From IMG/VR virus record IMGVR_UViG_2671181040_000015: a stretch of 13,956 nt of DNA. One strand, written 5' to 3'. The stretch's first letter is position 1. Every line of letters begins with the position of its first letter. A program made the translations under genes and the position numbers. The DNA is from a virus. Its lineage: Duplodnaviria; Heunggongvirae; Uroviricota; Caudoviricetes. Of the stretch, positions 1 to 6,147 are shown piece after piece. The notes beneath the pieces are model-generated. The model made no database searches, was not told where the DNA came from, and saw nothing but the letters and a program-made list of their open reading frames with translations.

Positions 1-570
1 ACAATGCTTAATGCGCTGGCAGGTAAACAACCGCTGGACAATACGCTTACCAATTTGAGTGGAAAGGATGTAGCTGGTCTTCTCGCATACCTTGGTTTGG
101 GAGAAGGCTCTGCATTGCCTGTTGGTGTGCCTGTTCCGTGGCCTTCAGCCACTCCGCCAACAGGCTGGCTGAAATGCAATGGTGCGGCTTTTTCTGCTGA
201 AGAATACCCGGAACTGGCAAAGGCTTACCCGACAAATAAATTGCCTGATTTACGCGGTGAATTTATTCGCGGCTGGGATGACGGGCGCGGGGTTGATGTT
301 GGGCGTGCAATCTTATCATCGCAGGGCGATGCCATCAGAAATATAATTGGCAAGTTTGGTAATACTCAATTGTACCCAAGTATCTATTGTGATGGTGCAT
401 TTGGCGTCACTGTTGAGAATGTGTCACAAACTTTAGGATTAACTCTTGCGCCTTCAGGGGCAGGTAATGGGACTGTAAACTTTAGCTTTGATGCATCTAA
501 AATCGTTCCTGTTGCCACTGAAAACCGGCCGCGCAACGTCGCATTTAACTTCATTGTGAGGGCTGCATAA
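1..570 (+). CDS. Tail-fibre protein, 3' portion (5' partial, continues upstream of the window); 1..105 is the end of the constant shaft (Sc), 106..570 the variable receptor-binding C-terminus (Sv1)
   Basis: The frame is open from base 1 (ORF track 4..570) with stop TAA at 568-570. The C-terminal domain (PVGVPVPWPSATPPTGWLKCNGAAF...RGEFIRGWDDGRGVD) resembles Mu S / P2 H / e14 Stf-type fibre tips. Crossover site A lies inside the coding sequence. Confidence 0.9.
   Translation, partial: TMLNALAGKQPLDNTLTNLSGKDVAGLLAYLGLGEGSALPVGVPVPWPSATPPTGWLKCNGAAFSAEEYPELAKAYPTNKLPDLRGEFIRGWDDGRGVDVGRAILSSQGDAIRNIIGKFGNTQLYPSIYCDGAFGVTVENVSQTLGLTLAPSGAGNGTVNFSFDASKIVPVATENRPRNVAFNFIVRAA
80..105 (+). other. 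Crossover site A (gix/hix/cix-like 26-bp invertase site): TTCTCGCATACC-TT-GGTTTGGGAGAA
   Basis: Two imperfect 12-bp inverted half-sites around a 2-bp TT core. The half-site form TTCTCnnAAACC resembles remembered hixL/gixL half-sites. Sequence identity with copies B and C ends exactly at the inner edge of the site (position 105/106). Confidence 0.75.
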
Positions 571-1172
571 TGGCACAGGCAAAATTAAACAGCGAACTGA
601 TTGCCACGGTAGCGGGTGATGTGACCGTGTTTAACTACGACAGCAAGACGCGGGAATATCTTTCCACATCAACTGAATATCTTGCTGTTGGCGTCGGTAT
701 CCCGGCATGTTCTTGTTTAGATGCACCAGGTATACATAAAGCTGGTTATGCAATCTGCCGTTCAGCAGATTTAAACTCATGGGAGTATGTGCCAGACCAT
801 CGCGGTGAAATCATCTATAACACCGAAACGGGAGACGCCAAAGAAATCACAACTCCGGGTGATTACCCTGAAAATACAACCACTATCGCCCCGTTAACGC
901 CATTCGATAAATGGGATGGTGAGAAATGGGTGACCGATACTGAGGCACAGCATTGCGCCGCAGTAGACGCGGCAGAAGCACAGCGTCAGTCACTGATTGA
1001 TACTGCAATGGCTTCCATCAGTCTGATTCAACTGAAATTGCAGGCCGGGCGGAAGCTGACGCAGGCAGAAACCACCCGACTTAACGCTGTGCTGGATTAC
1101 ATTGACGCGGTGACGGCAACAGATACCAGCACCGCGCCGGATGTCATCTGGCCTGAACTGCCGGAGGCGTAG
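570..1172 (+). CDS. Tail-fibre assembly chaperone Tfa1 (partner of Sv1)
   Basis: 200-aa ORF whose ATG overlaps the fibre stop (TAATG at 568-572). Its C-terminus (LDYIDAVTATDTSTAPDVIWPELPEA) shares the motif seen in the convergent Tfa2 (LDYLDALELVDTSGAPDIEWP), and it sits in the position of Mu U / P2 G. Confidence 0.85.
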   Translation: MAQAKLNSELIATVAGDVTVFNYDSKTREYLSTSTEYLAVGVGIPACSCLDAPGIHKAGYAICRSADLNSWEYVPDHRGEIIYNTETGDAKEITTPGDYPENTTTIAPLTPFDKWDGEKWVTDTEAQHCAAVDAAEAQRQSLIDTAMASISLIQLKLQAGRKLTQAETTRLNAVLDYIDAVTATDTSTAPDVIWPELPEA

Positions 1173-1584
1173 GCCATTCAATATCTGGCGCACCGGAAGT
1201 ATCGACCAGTTCCAGTGCGTCCAGGTAATCCAGCCACAAATTATATTGCGCCAGTTCGTCACCTTTCAGACGACCAATAGCCGCTTTACCAGGCCATTGT
1301 TTACTGTTCATATAATCGTTGGCCTGATTAATCAATTGCTGCTTCTCCAGTTCGGCTGCAGCAATTTGTTCCTCATGTGTTGGTGGTGGAATTTCGGACC
1401 ATGCAGGAAAACCATTTTCTCCAGCGATACGGATTTTTCCTTTCGGCGGTAATCCGGAAAACTCAATATACACTTGCTCATCAACTTCAACAGCATCATC
1501 TGGCCATGAGTCAGCTTGAGTGTAATCCTCTTTCATCTCCAGCGGATAGAAAGAGTTTGTAGTCGCGGAATATATGTAATTCAT
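1144..1584 (-). CDS. Alternative tail-fibre assembly chaperone Tfa2 (partner of Sv2)
   Basis: 146-aa ORF convergent with Tfa1, with 3' ends overlapping by 29 bp (1144-1172). It shares the Tfa-like C-terminal motif and lies 21 bp downstream of Sv2 on the minus strand, with a GGAG Shine-Dalgarno (rc of 1589-1594). Confidence 0.8.
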   Translation of the reverse strand: MNYIYSATTNSFYPLEMKEDYTQADSWPDDAVEVDEQVYIEFSGLPPKGKIRIAGENGFPAWSEIPPPTHEEQIAAAELEKQQLINQANDYMNSKQWPGKAAIGRLKGDELAQYNLWLDYLDALELVDTSGAPDIEWPTPPAVQAR

Positions 1585-1958
1585 TTTTCACTCCATATAG
1601 CTAAATTAACAGCCTAACGCTAAAAATGAAGCGCCGAGGCCAGGAGTACTGGCTCTGGATATAAATTTAACCGGGTCGGGACTAAAACCTGCACAGGCAA
1701 TATAACCAACAGCCCCGCTATCTGGTGTGTAGTCTTGTGAGACCAAAACACGCAGACATCTGTTTGGAAATGCAATCGGGAAATGGGTTACTACATCCTG
1801 TGCAATGCCTGGTGCGCCGATTGAGCCCCACTGAAGAATAAAACCTGATGGTAATTTTTGATATCCAGTACCTGAAACAGAAAGCGTGAAGCTACCCATA
1901 TCAGGTATCTGATTCGCCCCTGTCCCTACATTCCTTTTAGCCGCTTCTCCCAAACCAA
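1408..1958. repeat. Direct repeat copy 1 (551 bp): tfa2 5' end (59 codons), intergenic spacer, Sv2 cassette and inner half of site B
   Basis: Matches 2632..3182 at a constant offset of 1224 bp; spot checks and the identical encoded peptides show no mismatch. Identity ends at 1407/2631 and at 1959/3183. Confidence 0.9.
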
Positions 1959-2808
1959 GGTATGCGAGAAGACCAGCTACATCCTTTCCACTCAAATTGG
2001 TAAGCGTATTGTCCAGCGGTTGTTTACCTGCCAGCGCATTAAGCATTGTCGTGGCAAAGTTCGGATCATTCCCCAGTGCCGCCGCCAGTTCGTTCAGTGT
2101 ATCCAGTGCAGCAGGTGCAGAACCCACCATTCCTGCAATCGCCGATTTCACAAAAGCCGTAGTGGCAATCTGTGTATTGTTGACCGACTGCGCCGCCGTG
2201 GGGGCTGTTGGCGTTCCGGTGAGTGCCGGACTCGACAACGGTGCTTTTAGTGCCAGCGCATTGTTAATGGTGGTACTGAAATTCGGATCATTGTTAATGG
2301 CTGCGGCTATTTCTTTCAGCGTGTCCAGCGTGGCTGGCGCACCATTAATAAGGGCCGTCAGTGCCGCCTGTACAAACGCAGTGGTCGCAACCTGCGTGGT
2401 ATTATTCCCCGCCGCTGGCGTTGGCGCTTTGGGGGTTCCGGTAAATGTCGGGCTGGCTTTTGGCGCGTACTGTGAATGCGGGTCCGGTGCGGCAAGATGT
2501 TTTGCCATCTGATCATCCGCGTACACCTTCAGCTCCAGTGCCTTGTCATCCACATACTTGCGGGTTGCCAGCACTACAGCAGGGTCGATTTTCAGGGTGA
2601 TATTGTCCGTGCTGCTGGTAATCAGCACCAAAAAACCATTTTCTCCAGCGATACGGATTTTTCCTTTCGGCGGTAATCCGGAAAACTCAATATACACTTG
2701 CTCATCAACTTCAACAGCATCATCTGGCCATGAGTCAGCTTGAGTGTAATCCTCTTTCATCTCCAGCGGATAGAAAGAGTTTGTAGTCGCGGAATATATG
2801 TAATTCAT
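1606..2808 (-). CDS. Chimeric 400-aa ORF: Tfa2 N-terminus (59 aa, 2808..2632), inverted tail-fibre shaft segment (about 225 aa, 2631..1971), site B, and Sv2 receptor-binding tip (1944..1606)
   Basis: Continuous ORF in the track. The N-terminal 59 aa are identical to Tfa2. The middle carries fibre-shaft repeats ([10 protein letters not shown]...LDTL.E.AAA...NDPNF). The last 35 codons before site B are identical to window positions 1..105. The C-terminus AAKRNVGTG...LALGC is a distinct fibre tip. Whether it is expressed as such is uncertain. Confidence 0.55.
   Translation of the reverse strand: MNYIYSATTNSFYPLEMKEDYTQADSWPDDAVEVDEQVYIEFSGLPPKGKIRIAGENGFLVLITSSTDNITLKIDPAVVLATRKYVDDKALELKVYADDQMAKHLAAPDPHSQYAPKASPTFTGTPKAPTPAAGNNTTQVATTAFVQAALTALINGAPATLDTLKEIAAAINNDPNFSTTINNALALKAPLSSPALTGTPTAPTAAQSVNNTQIATTAFVKSAIAGMVGSAPAALDTLNELAAALGNDPNFATTMLNALAGKQPLDNTLTNLSGKDVAGLLAYLGLGEAAKRNVGTGANQIPDMGSFTLSVSGTGYQKLPSGFILQWGSIGAPGIAQDVVTHFPIAFPNRCLRVLVSQDYTPDSGAVGYIACAGFSPDPVKFISRASTPGLGASFLALGC
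1945..1970 (-). other. Crossover site B (identical to site A, inverted orientation)
   Basis: The reverse complement of 1945..1970 is TTCTCGCATACC-TT-GGTTTGGGAGAA, with the core at 1957-1958. Confidence 0.75.
1945..2049 (-). repeat. Inverted repeat of window positions 1..105 (end of the tail-fibre constant region, including the crossover site); it probably extends further as 2050..2631 pairs with sequence upstream of the window
   Basis: The reverse complement of 1945..2049 equals 1..105 (position p pairs with 2050-p). The identity reaches the window edge, so its true length cannot be determined here. Confidence 0.9.
2034..2495 (-). repeat. Two in-frame tandem repeat units of 231 bp (77 codons) within the inverted fibre-shaft segment
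   Basis: The motif GCGCATT..AAATTCGGATCATT recurs at 2034 and 2265. The encoded peptide units are [42 protein letters not shown] and [42 protein letters not shown]. Confidence 0.7.
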
Positions 2809-3182
2809 TTTTCACTCCATATAGCTAAATTAACAGCCTAACGCTAAAAATGAAGCGCCGAGGCCAGGAGTACTGGCTCTGGATATAAATTTAACCGGGT
2901 CGGGACTAAAACCTGCACAGGCAATATAACCAACAGCCCCGCTATCTGGTGTGTAGTCTTGTGAGACCAAAACACGCAGACATCTGTTTGGAAATGCAAT
3001 CGGGAAATGGGTTACTACATCCTGTGCAATGCCTGGTGCGCCGATTGAGCCCCACTGAAGAATAAAACCTGATGGTAATTTTTGATATCCAGTACCTGAA
3101 ACAGAAAGCGTGAAGCTACCCATATCAGGTATCTGATTCGCCCCTGTCCCTACATTCCTTTTAGCCGCTTCTCCCAAACCAA
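2632..3182. repeat. Direct repeat copy 2 (551 bp), a duplicate of 1408..1958
   Basis: Constant offset of 1224 bp from copy 1. Contains a second tfa2 start with RBS (ATG rc at 2806-2808) and a second Sv2 cassette ending at site C. Confidence 0.9.
2830..3168 (-). other. Duplicate Sv2 cassette (promoterless fibre-tip segment adjacent to site C); it would become the fibre C-terminus after inversion between sites A and C
   Basis: Encodes AAKRNVGTG...LALGC, identical to the tip encoded at 1944..1606, with stop (rc) at 2830-2832. The ATG of the 130-aa track ORF (3222) lies outside the repeat and is probably fortuitous. Confidence 0.7.
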
Positions 3183-3194
3183 CGTTTATGAAAA
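3169..3194 (-). other. Crossover site C: reverse complement TTTTCATAAACG-TT-GGTTTGGGAGAA
   Basis: The inner half-site and core are identical to A and B. The outer half-site differs (TTTTCATAAACG) but keeps the hix-like form. It lies 55 bp upstream of the invertase start, as gix/cix sites lie beside gin/cin. Confidence 0.7.
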
Positions 3195-3249
3195 TGCAGA
3201 GATAATGGCTAACTGGCATCATCCCCGGTTTTTATTCAGGGGATTGATC
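3195..3249 (+). promoter_or_regulatory. Candidate invertase promoter and RBS region abutting site C
   Basis: GATAAT (3201-3206) is a possible -10 and AGGGGA (3238-3243) a Shine-Dalgarno 6 nt before the ATG. No convincing -35 was found, so the promoter call is weak. Confidence 0.3.
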
Positions 3250-3816
3250 ATGCTTATTGGCTATGTACGCGTGTCAACAAATGACCAGAACACCGATTTG
3301 CAACGTAATGCACTGAACTGCGCGGGATGTGAGCGGATTTTTGAGGATAAAATCAGTGGCACTAAGTCCGACAGACCGGGGCTTAAAAAACTGCTCAGGA
3401 CACTATCGGCAGGAGACACTCTGGTTGTCTGGAAGCTGGACAGACTGGGGCGCAGTATGCGGCATCTTGTTACGCTGATAGAAGAGTTGCGCCAGCGTGG
3501 CGTGAATTTCCGAAGCCTGACTGACAGTATTGATACCAGTACCCCAATGGGCCGTTTCTTTTTTCATGTTATGGGTGCCCTGGCTGAAATGGAACGCGAA
3601 CTGATAGTTGAACGTACCAGGGCAGGGCTGGCTGCAGCTCGTGCCAAAGGCAGAGTAGGTGGACGCCGTCCTAAGTTGACCACCGAACAGTGGGCACAGA
3701 TTGGGCGTTTACTTGAGGCCGGAGAATCAAGACAGCGTATTGCACTGATTTTTGATGTAGGCGTTTCTACTATTTATAGAAAATTTCCGGCAAATAAGAG
3801 CAATGAATCTCCCTGA
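3250..3816 (+). CDS. Serine DNA invertase of the Hin/Gin/Cin/Pin family
   Basis: 188 aa from the ATG at 3250 (the track ORF starts earlier at 3205). N-terminus MLIGYVRVSTNDQNTDLQRNAL carries the catalytic serine motif of resolvase/invertase enzymes, with a C-terminal helix-turn-helix region (GESRQRIALIFDVGVSTIYRK). It lies immediately beside an invertible fibre segment. Confidence 0.9.
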   Translation: MLIGYVRVSTNDQNTDLQRNALNCAGCERIFEDKISGTKSDRPGLKKLLRTLSAGDTLVVWKLDRLGRSMRHLVTLIEELRQRGVNFRSLTDSIDTSTPMGRFFFHVMGALAEMERELIVERTRAGLAAARAKGRVGGRRPKLTTEQWAQIGRLLEAGESRQRIALIFDVGVSTIYRKFPANKSNESP

Positions 3817-3864
3817 ATCAGCATTATTTTGATTATCCCTGCAAGCAGACAAATACCGTCATTT

Positions 3865-3882
3865 TGTGTGAATAACGGTACA
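3865..3882 (+). promoter_or_regulatory. P2-type late promoter activator site (TGT-N12-ACA dyad) for the FI operon (PF-like)
   Basis: TGT (3865-3867), 12 nt, ACA (3880-3882), centred about 85 bp upstream of the FI ATG. This is the spacing expected for the Ogr-dependent dyad centred near -55 with a leader of about 30 nt. Confidence 0.55.
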
Positions 3883-3958
3883 ACTGCGCTTAGCTGTTTG
3901 TCAGGCACAATCACTTCAACATAGGGCGAAGCCTAATCCAATCAGGAGGTTCGCCACT

Positions 3959-5131
3959 ATGGCTCAGGATTACCACCACGGGGTGCGCGTTGTTGAAGTC
4001 AACGAAGGCACCCGATCCATTACCACGGTGAGCACCGCCATCGTGGGTATGATCTGCACGGGCGATGATGCCGATGCAAAAATGTTTCCTCTTAATAAAC
4101 CCGTGCTGATCACTGATGTGCTGACTGCCAGCGGTAAAGCGGGTGAGTCCGGTACTCTGGCCCGTTCGCTGGATGCCATCGCTGACCAGGCAAAACCCGT
4201 GACCGTTGTTGTGCGTGTGCCGCAGGGTGAAACGGAAGACGAAACCACGACCAATATCATCGGCGCTGTGACTGCTGAAGGTAAAAAAACAGGCATGAAA
4301 GCCCTGCTATCTGCCCAGTCACAGCTCGGCGTTAAACCGCGCATTCTCGGCGTGCCAGGTCACGATAACAAAGCCGTTGCGACTGAGTTGCTGAGCGTGG
4401 CGCAAAGCCTGCGTGGGTTTGCTTACCTGTCAGCGTATGGCTGCAAGACGGTACAGGAGGCGATCACTTACCGTGAAAACTTCAGCCAGCGCGAAGGAAT
4501 GCTGATCTGGCCCGACTTTACTGGCTGGGATACGGTGTTGAATGCCGAAGCAACGGCATATGCCACCGCCCGTGCGCTTGGTCTGCGCGCCAAAATTGAT
4601 GAGCAGACCGGGTGGCACAAAAGCCTGTCCAACGTGGGCGTGAACGGTGTCACCGGAATTTCTGCAGATGTGTTCTGGGATCTGCAGGACCCGGCAACCG
4701 ATGCGGGACTGCTTAACCAGAACGACGTCACCACGCTTATCCGCAAAGACGGTTTCCGCTTCTGGGGTTCCCGCTGCCTGAGTGATGACCCGCTCTTTGC
4801 CTTCGAAAACTACACCCGCACGGCGCAGGTACTGATGGACACGATGGCAGAAGCGCATATGTGGGCGGTGGACAAACCGCTGAACCCGTCGCTGGCCCGC
4901 GACATTATCGAAGGTATCCGCGCCAAAATGCGCAGCCTGGTCAGTCAGGGGTATCTCATTGGTGGTGATTGCTGGCTGGACGAGTCGGTGAACGACAAAG
5001 ACACGCTGAAAGCCGGAAAACTCACCATCGACTATGACTACACGCCAGTGCCGCCACTTGAAAATCTGATGCTGCGTCAGCGCATCACCGATCAGTACCT
5101 GGTGAATTTTGCCAGCCAGGTCAGCGCGTAA
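3959..5131 (+). CDS. FI: Contractile tail sheath protein (P2 FI homologue)
   Basis: 390 aa, AGGAGG Shine-Dalgarno at 3944-3949. The sequence ([31 protein letters not shown]...) is close to the remembered P2 FI sequence. Confidence 0.9.
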   Translation: MAQDYHHGVRVVEVNEGTRSITTVSTAIVGMICTGDDADAKMFPLNKPVLITDVLTASGKAGESGTLARSLDAIADQAKPVTVVVRVPQGETEDETTTNIIGAVTAEGKKTGMKALLSAQSQLGVKPRILGVPGHDNKAVATELLSVAQSLRGFAYLSAYGCKTVQEAITYRENFSQREGMLIWPDFTGWDTVLNAEATAYATARALGLRAKIDEQTGWHKSLSNVGVNGVTGISADVFWDLQDPATDAGLLNQNDVTTLIRKDGFRFWGSRCLSDDPLFAFENYTRTAQVLMDTMAEAHMWAVDKPLNPSLARDIIEGIRAKMRSLVSQGYLIGGDCWLDESVNDKDTLKAGKLTIDYDYTPVPPLENLMLRQRITDQYLVNFASQVSA

Positions 5132-5140
5132 GGGGACAAC

Positions 5141-5656
5141 ATGGCTTTACCACGCAAATTAAAACATCTGAACCTGTTTAACGACGGGAACAACTGGCAG
5201 GGGATCGTAGAGTCTTTGACGCTGCCGAAATTCACCCGCAAATATGAGAAGTATCGCGGCGGCGGAATGCCGGGTGCAGTGGATGTGGATCTGGGGCTTG
5301 ATGACAGTGCTCTGGACACAGAATTTTCCATTGGTGGTACTGAACTGCTGCTGTTTAAACAGATGGGCAAAGCCACGGTGGATGGCATCCAGTTGCGCTT
5401 TACCGGCTCTATCCAGCGTGATGATACCGGGGAAGTGCAGGCCGTGGAGCTTGTGGTACGTGGACGTCACAAAGAAGTGGATTCCGGCGAGTGGAAGACG
5501 GGCGAAAGCAACACCACCAAAGTGACCAGTACCAACAGCTACGCGAAGCTGACCATCAATGGTGAGGTGCTCTATGAAGTGGACCTCATCAACATGGTGG
5601 AAATCGTGGACGGTGTGGACCTGATGGAAGCACACCGTAACGCCCTCGGCCTCTGA
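5141..5656 (+). CDS. FII: Tail tube protein (P2 FII homologue)
   Basis: 171 aa, immediately downstream of the sheath gene, with the size and position of P2 FII. Confidence 0.85.
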   Translation: MALPRKLKHLNLFNDGNNWQGIVESLTLPKFTRKYEKYRGGGMPGAVDVDLGLDDSALDTEFSIGGTELLLFKQMGKATVDGIQLRFTGSIQRDDTGEVQAVELVVRGRHKEVDSGEWKTGESNTTKVTSTNSYAKLTINGEVLYEVDLINMVEIVDGVDLMEAHRNALGL

Positions 5657-5667
5657 TGTATCTGAAC

Positions 5668-5685
5668 GGCGCGGAATACCGCGCC
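5668..5685 (+). other. GC-rich hairpin between FII and E (GGCGCGG-AATA-CCGCGCC), with no U-tract
   Basis: Perfect 7-bp stem with a tetraloop, 12 nt after the FII stop. It may be an RNA stability or attenuation element separating highly expressed sheath/tube genes from E-T-U-D. Confidence 0.4.
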
Positions 5686-5710
5686 AGAACCTAATTTACA
5701 GGACAGCAAA

Positions 5711-6013
5711 ATGAGCGATAAGCAGACTGAAAAGACCATTCAACTGGATACCCCTATCAAGCGTGGTAAAACAGAAATCACCGAAATTGTGCTGCGCAAA
5801 CCGCAGTCCGGTGCGCTGCGCGGTACACGCCTGCAGGCGATTATGGATATGGATGTGAACGCGATGATGATCGTGATCCCCCGCATCTCCAGCCCGGCAC
5901 TGACTGCACAGGAAATTGCAGAGATGGACCCGGCAGATCTCACTGCTATGTCGGTTGAGGTTGTCACTTTTTTGTTGAAGAAGTCGGTGCTTGCCGGTTT
6001 ACCGACAGCCTGA
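5711..6013 (+). CDS. E: Tail assembly chaperone E (P2 gpE homologue)
   Basis: 100-aa ORF between the tube and tape-measure genes. It contains the T6G slippery heptamer near its 3' end. Confidence 0.8.
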   Translation: MSDKQTEKTIQLDTPIKRGKTEITEIVLRKPQSGALRGTRLQAIMDMDVNAMMIVIPRISSPALTAQEIAEMDPADLTAMSVEVVTFLLKKSVLAGLPTA

Positions 6014-6147
6014 CGGTTGACGATCTGGTGGCAGATATCGCCACCATTTTTCACTGGCCGCCATCCGTTACTGACGTTATGCCGCTGACCGAAGTGCTGG
6101 AATGGCGGTATAAAGCGATTCAGAGAAGCGGGGCCAACGATGAGTGA
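5711..6147 (+). CDS. E+E' fusion product made by a programmed -1 ribosomal frameshift at 5968-5974
   Basis: The heptamer T_TTT_TTG is in the X_XXY_YYZ register of the E frame. The -1 frame stays open from 5974 to TGA at 6145-6147 and overlaps the T start at 6140, as in P2 E/E'. Confidence 0.65.

Noticed and set aside
1997-2512. Plus-strand ORFs of 171 aa and 76 aa (2020..2250) across the inverted fibre-shaft segment
   Set aside because: Antisense to the continuous 400-aa minus-strand ORF in a GC-rich, repeat-containing region. The peptides are low-complexity and have no start context.
1-3200. Diversity-generating retroelement as the explanation for the duplicated fibre-tip sequences
   Set aside because: No reverse transcriptase gene, and the repeat copies are identical rather than differing at adenines. 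An adjacent serine invertase with gix-like sites explains the arrangement.
3205-3249. Upstream ATG at 3205 as the invertase start (203-aa version)
   Set aside because: The extra 15 residues ([15 protein letters not shown]) precede the conserved MLIGYVRVST N-terminus and overlap the promoter/site C region. The ATG at 3250 has a proper Shine-Dalgarno.
3970-4858. Minus-strand ORFs (124, 142 and 92 aa) inside the sheath gene
   Set aside because: Fully embedded antisense to a well-supported FI homologue; typical frame artefacts of GC-rich coding DNA.
5159-5635. 158-aa minus-strand ORF and 93-aa plus-strand ORF (5244..5525) within the tail tube gene
   Set aside because: Overlap the FII coding sequence almost entirely, with no independent signals.
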